20,811 nucleotides of DNA from Flavobacteriales bacterium (GTDB taxonomy: Bacteria; Bacteroidota; Bacteroidia; Flavobacteriales_D; CAJJDF01), in NCBI GenBank assembly GCA_020630395.1, contig JAHDBM010000049.1, positions 1 through 20,811 of the forward strand. The letters run 5' to 3'. A model generated the notes under the pieces. That model did no database searches and was not told the origin of the DNA. It saw only the letters and a program-made list of their open reading frames with translations. The position numbers were made by a program, and so were the translations under genes. Of this stretch, positions 14,889 to 20,811 are shown one piece after another. Each line of letters opens with the position of its first letter. The first letter of the stretch is position 1.

Positions 14889-15347
14889 ATGAAGTATTTA
14901 TTAATTGCTGTAGTTGGTCTTGTCAATATAGGTTACAGCCAAAATAGTGTAAATAGTTCCGGAGGAGATTTATCGGGATCGGGAAGTATTAGCTATAGTG
15001 TAGGCCAAATAACAACTAAAACAATAGCTAATTCAGGAGGAACATTATTCGAAGGAGTTCAAAGAGCCGAAGATCAATACACAACTGGAATTATGACTCC
15101 ATCTGTTGTTAAAATTGAAATAGTAGCCTATCCTATTCCGACAAGTGGAAATGTAACACTAAAATCGAGCGGTAATACAACCATGTCTTATAGCTTATAT
15201 AATAATCAAGGAGCATTACTATTATCAGGTGTACTTAATAATGGGTCTACAATTATAGAAACAGAACACTTAAGTAATGGGATATACAATTTAAAAGTAA
15301 CAGGAAAACATAATCTAAATAAGAATATCAAAATAATTAAAAACTAA
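14889..15347 (+). CDS. Small secreted protein with T9SS C-terminal sorting domain
   Basis: I start at the internal Met (MKYLLIAVVGLVNIGYSQ signal peptide); the ORF track begins at 14820. C-terminal region VKIEIVAYPIPTSGNVTL…GIYNLKV matches the T9SS CTD pattern. Confidence 0.6.
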   Translation: MKYLLIAVVGLVNIGYSQNSVNSSGGDLSGSGSISYSVGQITTKTIANSGGTLFEGVQRAEDQYTTGIMTPSVVKIEIVAYPIPTSGNVTLKSSGNTTMSYSLYNNQGALLLSGVLNNGSTIIETEHLSNGIYNLKVTGKHNLNKNIKIIKN

Positions 15348-15349
15348 GC

Positions 15350-16300
15350 GTGATGAAAAAATTAATAACAATATTAAGCGGAATAATGCTCATGGTAAAC
15401 AGCTTTTCCCAAGCACCAGAGAAATTTAGCTACCAAGCTGTCGTACGTGATGCAACTGATAATTTAGTAGTGAATAGTACGACTCCTATTAAAATAAGTT
15501 TATTAAAATCTACTATTACTGGGACAGTAGTTTATGAGGAAACACACACACCTACTACAAATGCAAATGGTTTATTAAGTATTGAGATAGGTGGAGGAAC
15601 CGTTTTAAGTGGTATTTTTGAAAACATTGATTGGGGCGGAGATAAATATTTTGTTAAAACAGAAATAGATGTAGATAACAATGCAAGTTATGATGTAACT
15701 GGAACAAGTCAACTATTAAGTGTCCCTTATGCTTTGCATGCAAAAACAGCAGATAGTTTAGCAGGATTATCTAGTGCTAACTTAGCTGATCTAATAGCGT
15801 TAGTAACGCCACCTCAAATAGGAGATTTTAGACATGGAGGAATTGTATTTTGGATAGATCCATCAGATCCATGGAGTGGTTTGGTTTGTGCTGTGGATGA
15901 CCAAACTGCTGGTACTACAGTAAGATGGTCTAATAACACTTCTGTTACTGGGGCTTTTGATACCATTATTGGAAGTGGACAATCTAATACAACAATGATT
16001 GTTGCCTCTCAAGGTTTAGGAGTATATGCAGCTAAAATGTGTGATGATTTAACGTTAAATGGATTTTCAGATTGGTTTCTTCCTTCAAAACACGAGTTAA
16101 ATGAAATGTACATTAATAAAACAACTGTTGAAAATGCATCTATTGCAAATGGAGGTACTGGGTTTGGTCTTCATTACTGGAGTTCTTCAGAGATAAATGG
16201 AAATGCAAATCTAAGTGTTATGCAATCTTTTTCTTTTGGGGCTCAATATAATGCTGCTAAGTTGAATTCAGCCAATGTTAGAGCTGTAAGAGCTTTTTAA
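15350..16300 (+). CDS. Secreted protein with C-terminal DUF1566 (Lcl C-terminal domain-like) module
   Basis: Signal peptide MMKKLITILSGIMLMVNSFSQA. Begins PEKFSYQAVVRD. C-terminal …LNGFSDWFLPSKHELNEMYINK…HYWSSSE resembles DUF1566. 3-nt gap to the upstream gene suggests an operon. Confidence 0.6.
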   Translation: MMKKLITILSGIMLMVNSFSQAPEKFSYQAVVRDATDNLVVNSTTPIKISLLKSTITGTVVYEETHTPTTNANGLLSIEIGGGTVLSGIFENIDWGGDKYFVKTEIDVDNNASYDVTGTSQLLSVPYALHAKTADSLAGLSSANLADLIALVTPPQIGDFRHGGIVFWIDPSDPWSGLVCAVDDQTAGTTVRWSNNTSVTGAFDTIIGSGQSNTTMIVASQGLGVYAAKMCDDLTLNGFSDWFLPSKHELNEMYINKTTVENASIANGGTGFGLHYWSSSEINGNANLSVMQSFSFGAQYNAAKLNSANVRAVRAF

Positions 16301-16311
16301 TCAATTTTGTT

Positions 16312-16326
16312 TATCCCTTAGGGATA
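16312..16326. repeat. TATCCCTTAGGGATA palindromic motif (copy A of CCCTT(G)AGGGATAT)
   Basis: Palindrome with 7-nt arms (TATCCCT / AGGGATA) around a central T; the centre does not self-pair. It lies just beyond the 3' terminator of the RtcB-PrfH cassette. Confidence 0.35.
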
Positions 16327-16390
16327 TCTTTTTCTCTGAGTCGACTATTTGGTAAAATAATCTTGGAGTGATGTTGTTTAAGAGAGAAAA

Positions 16391-16437
16391 GCAGAAGGAA
16401 CTATTTATTGTTTCTTCTGCTTTTTTTGTTTCTGTTT
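16391..16437. terminator. Terminator hairpin, usable in both directions, between convergent transcription units
   Basis: GCAGAAG-(17 nt)-CTTCTGC followed by TTTTTTT on plus, and by a T-rich tract in minus sense. It overlaps the last codons (KQ-rich tail) of the minus-strand TPR ORF. Confidence 0.5.
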
Positions 16438-16896
16438 TACTCGTTTGTTTACTTCATTTAAGTAATTCATATAATCACTATTATACGTTTCAGTTTTAGC
16501 CAACTTAATAGTTTTTATGGCCTTTTTATACTGATGTTTATATTCATATAGCAGAGCTTTTTTTGCATAGATTACTCCTTTATCAATTCCTTTAATCGTT
16601 AATGTGTAATCAATTAACTTAAACGCTTCTTTATATTTTTCTAAAGATATTAGAGAAGAGATATAGTAAGGGTAAATTTGTAAGCAATACATGTCGGCTG
16701 CTAATGCATCCTCATAATAATCAATAGCTGTTATATAGTCCTTAAGTTGTTCGGCAAATACACGTCCTTTTAATAAAAGAGCATGTGCTTGATCATCTCC
16801 ATACGATAAAGCATAATCCAATGCTTCCATTGTTTGTGGCAAATCGTAGGGGTAATGATCTATTGCCTCTAATAAATATTTTGTTGCAAGCGTCAT
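16405..16896 (-). CDS. TPR-like repeat protein with Lys/Gln-rich C-terminal tail; last gene of the RtcB-PrfH cassette
   Basis: 163 aa. Helical repeat pattern with Tyr/Ala/Leu periodicity (…ALLLKGRVFAEQLKDYITAIDYYEDALAAD…). Its start overlaps the prfH stop (ATGA). Confidence 0.5.
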   Translation of the reverse strand: MTLATKYLLEAIDHYPYDLPQTMEALDYALSYGDDQAHALLLKGRVFAEQLKDYITAIDYYEDALAADMYCLQIYPYYISSLISLEKYKEAFKLIDYTLTIKGIDKGVIYAKKALLYEYKHQYKKAIKTIKLAKTETYNSDYMNYLNEVNKRVKQKQKKQKKQ

Positions 16897-17555
16897 GTTA
16901 ATTTAAATTTTTCTCCTTTAAAAACTAAGGAAGCATTCCCTCGTTCTAATTGAAGATGATTATTCCATTTTTGTTCAATTGTTTCTTCTTTTTGTTTCCT
17001 GTTTTTGGCCTCAATTTTTTCTTGCAAACGTGCAATAGCAAGTTTTTTATTCTGCAATTGAGATCTACTGTCACTCGAAACAGCCATTATCCCAGTTGGT
17101 TTATGAATAACTCGAATAGCCGAACTTACTTTATTGGCATGTTGGCCTCCAGGTCCAGAACTTCTCATTGCTTGAAACAATAAGTCTTTCGATTTTAGAG
17201 ACAATGCAGTTTCTGTATTTATCTGATTGCAACCAATAAACCAGTTTTTTCGTTTATGATTTTTTCTAAAAGGAGAGTTTCCAATCCATTGTATTGAACC
17301 TAACCAAGGTTGTATAAATGTTGCTACTTGTTCACCTTTTATTTCAATAGTTATTGACTGAAAGCAATTGTCGTATTTACCTCTAATCATTTCTTTTATC
17401 GCCACCTTTATATTACTGTTTTGGCATTTTTTTTCGAAATAATTAAAAGCTTTATATACGAACCATTCACATTCTGATGGCCCCCTACCTGCTGTAAATT
17501 GTATAGTTTTTGTGTTCATTTTAATTCGGTTTTTCTGATAATAGTTTGTTTCCAA
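16893..17555 (-). CDS. prfH: Peptide chain release factor H (PrfH / RF-H), GGQ-containing
   Basis: …MRSSGPGGQHANKVSSAIRVIHKPTGI… is the class-I release factor GGQ peptidyl-hydrolase motif. The ~205-220 aa size is typical of PrfH. It is paired with rtcB as in described rtcB2-prfH loci. An alternative start MNTKT at 17519 would sit 1 nt after the upstream stop. Confidence 0.8.
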   Translation of the reverse strand: METNYYQKNRIKMNTKTIQFTAGRGPSECEWFVYKAFNYFEKKCQNSNIKVAIKEMIRGKYDNCFQSITIEIKGEQVATFIQPWLGSIQWIGNSPFRKNHKRKNWFIGCNQINTETALSLKSKDLLFQAMRSSGPGGQHANKVSSAIRVIHKPTGIMAVSSDSRSQLQNKKLAIARLQEKIEAKNRKQKEETIEQKWNNHLQLERGNASLVFKGEKFKLT

Positions 17556-18066
17556 TTATTTCTTTGTTTAGTGCTAATAATGCAATAGCTGCTTGAACTG
17601 CCCAGCACTTATCACTAGAATGTATATTCGAATAAAAACTTAGTAGTTTATCTGGTCGCACTATTTGCCAATCATCAATTAATATAAATGGTAGATTAGC
17701 TGATTCAAAAAAATCAATTGTTATTCTTGTTTCTCTATCATCATCCAGACTAACTATTTTTTCATATCGTCTAAAATTTTCATTGCTAGGTCTATTGTAA
17801 TATCGCGTCCATACTTTTTTGAAGTTTTCTGCAAGTAAAATTGTCATTACTTGTGGAACATTTCTTGGATTCACAAACAAATCAATATCCTTGTGGTCAT
17901 GTGCATGTTTATATTCTGTATGATTTTTAGGAGACATAAAGTGCCAAGCCCAACCGCCAGAAATAATTACCAATGGTTTTATTTTTTCTAAAATTTCTAA
18001 GCCTTGATTAATTCTATAATCCGGCCATTTTTCTCCATATCTTTTTTTGTTATGTGGTGCTCCCAT
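17521..18066 (-). CDS. Nucleotidyltransferase-fold protein (minimal NTase-like), unknown specificity
   Basis: 181 aa. VIISGGWAWHFMS…(13 aa)…HKDIDLFV fits the hG[GS]…[DE]h[DE]h pattern of the Pol-beta-like NTase superfamily. It lies between rtcB and prfH on the same strand. Confidence 0.45.
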   Translation of the reverse strand: MGAPHNKKRYGEKWPDYRINQGLEILEKIKPLVIISGGWAWHFMSPKNHTEYKHAHDHKDIDLFVNPRNVPQVMTILLAENFKKVWTRYYNRPSNENFRRYEKIVSLDDDRETRITIDFFESANLPFILIDDWQIVRPDKLLSFYSNIHSSDKCWAVQAAIALLALNKEIIGNKLLSEKPN

Positions 18067-18115
18067 AATATTGATTTTTATTAGCTAGCATTATCTTTTT
18101 AATGCTGGCTAGCAT

Positions 18116-19507
18116 TTAATAATTCATTCGGACAATTTTTGGTTTAAAACTGCCCACTACTTCAACCAATTCTTCTTGGTTTTTCATTACACGATTAATG
18201 TTTTTATATGCCATAGGCGCTTCATCAATTCCTCCACCAATAAGTTCTACTTCGTGCAACTTCAATTGCTTTTTAATTTCACTTTTGGTAAAATGTTCAT
18301 GACATTCACTTCTGGAATAAGCTCTTCCTGCTCCATGAGATGCAGAATTTAAACTCCCCTCATTTCCTAGCCCTCTTACAATAAAACCAGGAGCTGTCAT
18401 AGAACCCGGAATAATTCCCAGTTCACCTTTGGCTGCTGGAGTAGCACCTTTTCTATGAACAATACATTCTTTACCATTTATTATTTCTTTCCATGCAAAA
18501 TTGTGATGGCTTTCTATAGTAGCAAGCGTTTTTGTTCCTAGTAGCTTTTCCATTCGTTTATGAATATTATCATGACATGCTTTCGCATAATCACCAGCTA
18601 AGTTCATGGCTAACCAGTATTCTTGTCCGTCATGTGTATTTAAATCAAGCCAAGCTAAATGCTGCACTTGCTTTGGTAACGGACATTGTTTGGTAGCCAA
18701 GTAGGTGTATTGTTTTGCAATATTTGCTCCCAACCCACGTGAACCACTGTGCGATAATAACCCAACATAATCTCCAACAGGTAAATCCCACTCTTTGTTA
18801 GGATCCGTAATGGAAACCGTTCCAAACTCCACAAAGTGATTTCCTCCTCCAGAAGTTCCAAGCTGTTTATACGCCTTTATTTTAAGTCTTCTTAATAAAG
18901 GAATATCTTGAAATTCTGTTCTCGAAAATATTTCATGATCATGTTTTACCTTATGCGTTTCGTACATTCCAAATTTGGTATGCTCCGCTAGGTGGTTTTT
19001 AAACTGATCCTTTTTTCCTTTTAAGTACGAAACCGGAATAGGAAAAATAGAAAGCGCCATTCTACATCCAATATCAACTCCAACTCCGTAAGGAATTACA
19101 GCATTATCGGTTGCAAGAACTCCTCCAATTGGCAATCCATAACCATGATGCGCATCTGGCATTAAAGCACCTTGCACAGCAACAGGAAGTTTTAAAGAAT
19201 CGAACAGTTGGTACTTTGCTGCATCAGCAATTTCATCTTCTCCGTAAATTTTAAAAGGCACACGAGTTGATTTTAATTGGTGCTTTTTTATTTCTACAGG
19301 ATCTTTTAATGCCTCAGCAACTTTTCCCCAAATGTGATTTCCTTCATACTTTTCAGGATTAAGAAATACATCTTTTGCTTCGTTTAAAATCTTCTCTTTG
19401 CTTTCTTTTTTTCGGTATCTACTTATTTGACCTAGTGTTATATTAATCGTATTGTCTTGCGGGAATCCTAATTTTATTAGGTCTTTCCCTTTTAGTTTCT
19501 TTCCCAT
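18116..19507 (-). CDS. rtcB: RtcB-family RNA 3'-phosphate ligase
   Basis: RtcB signature blocks: GVDIGCRM, HHGYGLPIGGV, HSGSRGLGANI, GGNHFVEFG, IVHRKGATPA, ASHGAGR. 463 aa, with an N-terminal extension relative to a ~408-aa RtcB. Confidence 0.9.
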   Translation of the reverse strand: MGKKLKGKDLIKLGFPQDNTINITLGQISRYRKKESKEKILNEAKDVFLNPEKYEGNHIWGKVAEALKDPVEIKKHQLKSTRVPFKIYGEDEIADAAKYQLFDSLKLPVAVQGALMPDAHHGYGLPIGGVLATDNAVIPYGVGVDIGCRMALSIFPIPVSYLKGKKDQFKNHLAEHTKFGMYETHKVKHDHEIFSRTEFQDIPLLRRLKIKAYKQLGTSGGGNHFVEFGTVSITDPNKEWDLPVGDYVGLLSHSGSRGLGANIAKQYTYLATKQCPLPKQVQHLAWLDLNTHDGQEYWLAMNLAGDYAKACHDNIHKRMEKLLGTKTLATIESHHNFAWKEIINGKECIVHRKGATPAAKGELGIIPGSMTAPGFIVRGLGNEGSLNSASHGAGRAYSRSECHEHFTKSEIKKQLKLHEVELIGGGIDEAPMAYKNINRVMKNQEELVEVVGSFKPKIVRMNY

Positions 19508-20175
19508 AATGTATCTATTATACTTCTTGACGAAGTGTTTTTAAAACGAGCTAATTGTTGATTAGATAGATGTCTATCTTTTCTTTTTTTTAGCAATTCG
19601 TTTATGTATTTGTATCCATACTCCAAGCCTATGTTTGCTTCGTAATACCCTTTCTTTTCTAGTTTATGCCATAACAAAGACTCTTCACTAATAAGACAAG
19701 GATCTATTACTTTAACATGCGTGTTGTAAGCTCTTGTATATTTTATTTTGTAGGCGTTTTTTGGTATTTTGATATAATATCTAGTTCTCCACTTTTTATG
19801 TTCCCGATAGTTAAATGATGTACATAGTTTTTGCGCTTTTTTAGAGAGCTTTCCATATTGTTTTTTACTGATGGTTGGAAAATTTAGGTAGATCATTGCC
19901 TTAGATGTTTGATTATCCCAATGCTTTTCACATTCCTTTTTGTTTCTTCCCCAATAGAGTTTCTCTATCTTTTCGAAAACCTCTAATATGTATTGCTCAT
20001 TTTTATATCGTTCTACATTGGTTGTAATAACTATTTCTTTATACCAACCATGTCGAATAGGTTGTGCTAGTTTTTTATATCCTAGTGCTTTTTGTTCATC
20101 CCAATTTGCACGTATGTCTTTCCAAACTTGCCGAACCTCTTTTCGCCTGCGTTCTTTTATATGAACTGGTTTCAT
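19492..20175 (-). CDS. Highly basic Lys/Arg/Tyr-rich hypothetical protein; first gene of the RtcB-PrfH cassette
   Basis: 227 aa. No recognisable catalytic motif: no P-loop, no HGT/Tpt1 motif, no SAM-binding motif. Its stop overlaps the rtcB start by 16 nt, suggesting translational coupling. Confidence 0.5.
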   Translation of the reverse strand: MKPVHIKERRRKEVRQVWKDIRANWDEQKALGYKKLAQPIRHGWYKEIVITTNVERYKNEQYILEVFEKIEKLYWGRNKKECEKHWDNQTSKAMIYLNFPTISKKQYGKLSKKAQKLCTSFNYREHKKWRTRYYIKIPKNAYKIKYTRAYNTHVKVIDPCLISEESLLWHKLEKKGYYEANIGLEYGYKYINELLKKRKDRHLSNQQLARFKNTSSRSIIDTLWERN

Positions 20176-20191
20176 TTCTTAACCCATTAAA

Positions 20192-20205
20192 CCCTTGAGG
20201 GATAT
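20192..20205. repeat. CCCTTGAGGGATAT (copy B), 17 nt upstream of the cassette's first start codon
   Basis: Same orientation and near-identical to copy A. Located in the 5' leader/promoter region of the minus-strand cassette. Confidence 0.35.
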
Positions 20206-20371
20206 TTAATTTTTAATTTGTTTTCGATCGAATCCAGTAAACGCTCCTGCTAAACTGAACTCTTAGATTTTAATAGCGTATTTCATTGTTATTGATTTTT
20301 GCTCTTGCAATAGCAAGAAAAATTATACGTAGTTGATTAATTGTTTCCAGACTTGGAAAATGAGAGTCATA

Positions 20372-20403
20372 AAAAAAGTCCGAAACGTTAGCTTCGGACT
20401 TTT
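20372..20403 (-). terminator. Rho-independent terminator for the upstream minus-strand gene
   Basis: AGTCCGAA-acgttagc-TTCGGACT 8-bp stem (20377-20400). In minus sense it is followed by TTTTTTT. It insulates the cassette at 16405-20175 from the gene ending at 20663. Confidence 0.6.
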
Positions 20404-20662
20404 CAATTATGCGATTTTGAAGTTTTGTTAACTCATGCAAAAAGATATCCAAAGCATGTTCTTTCCAAACCCTGGGTTTGCAAGAACGGTTGTATGTAAA
20501 TTAAGATTTAACATGTTATACTTTAGTTTAAAAATTTATATTCTTTTTGTTTTCGTTACACAAAGGTAAGGTGAAAAATTTCTTATTTCCAAACACTTAA
20601 CGCAGATATTTTTTTTAGGGTTGCCAATTACTACGTAGTAGTAAGATTTTTTTAAAATGCAA

Positions 20663-20811
20663 TTATTTTTTTGGAAATGGGCTGATATAATCATTTTCAC
20701 CTAACCATTTTTTAAAATAATTAAGACAAATTTCATCTATATTTTCGCGATTAGCTCCTTCCCAATATGATTGCCATGTTGTGTACTCTAATTCTTGTTT
20801 TGCATAAGACA
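20663..20811 (-). CDS. Partial CDS (C-terminal 49 aa visible, continues beyond window end), unknown product
   Basis: Open frame on the minus strand reading …SYAKQELEYTTWQSYWEGANRENIDEICLNYFKKWLGENDYISPFPKK* with stop at 20663-20665. Terminator 260 nt downstream. Confidence 0.3.
   Translation of the reverse strand, partial: SYAKQELEYTTWQSYWEGANRENIDEICLNYFKKWLGENDYISPFPKK

Noticed and set aside
20270-20452. 60-aa minus-strand ORF upstream of the cassette
   Set aside because: A strong Rho-independent terminator hairpin (20377-20400 plus a T-run) lies inside it, so a real gene is unlikely. It is more likely the 3' UTR and terminator of the gene ending at 20663.
1-20811. CRISPR arrays, IS elements/transposases, integrases
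   Set aside because: No regularly spaced direct repeats, no terminal inverted repeats flanking a transposase-like ORF, and no integrase- or recombinase-like ORF were seen. The repeats that are present are short tRNA-derived fragments and two short motifs.

Overview
Low-GC (~30%) window with Bacteroidota hallmarks: signal peptides and several C-terminal type IX secretion (T9SS) sorting domains. It reads as an accessory region. From start to end it contains: (1) an SPFH/band-7 membrane protein gene. (2) A ~1 kb non-coding stretch littered with tRNA debris, including one 3' fragment that ends in CCA. (3) A T9SS-sorted zinc-hydrolase-like protein, convergent with (4) a 2396-aa RHS/YD-repeat polymorphic toxin on the minus strand. 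The toxin has a DPxGL core end, a ~140-aa Gly/Ala/Ser-rich hydrophobic segment and a ~230-aa C-terminal domain I cannot assign. No co-oriented immunity gene follows it. Directly upstream of it is a T9SS-sorted M43 (cytophagalysin/pappalysin)-like protein whose HExxH motif is degenerate. (5) An array of at least 9 minus-strand tRNA genes (His-like, Gln, Leu-like, Pro x2, Arg, a tRNA-like Arg paralog, Cys, Ser), interrupted by a DoxX-like membrane protein gene. The tRNAs have AT-rich acceptor stems and several non-canonical features, and the array carries duplicated tRNA 3'-end fragments and a repeated hairpin motif. (6) Two co-oriented genes for secreted proteins (a T9SS CTD protein and a DUF1566 protein). 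(7) A tightly overlapping 5-gene minus-strand cassette: basic 227-aa protein, RtcB RNA ligase, nucleotidyltransferase-fold protein, PrfH (release factor H), TPR protein. This is an expanded version of the RtcB-PrfH ribosome rescue/repair pair and is the most likely candidate for an undescribed RNA-repair system. It sits ~2.4 kb from the atypical tRNA array and ~5.7 kb from the RHS toxin gene. All coordinates and motifs were read by eye from the sequence; no searches were run.
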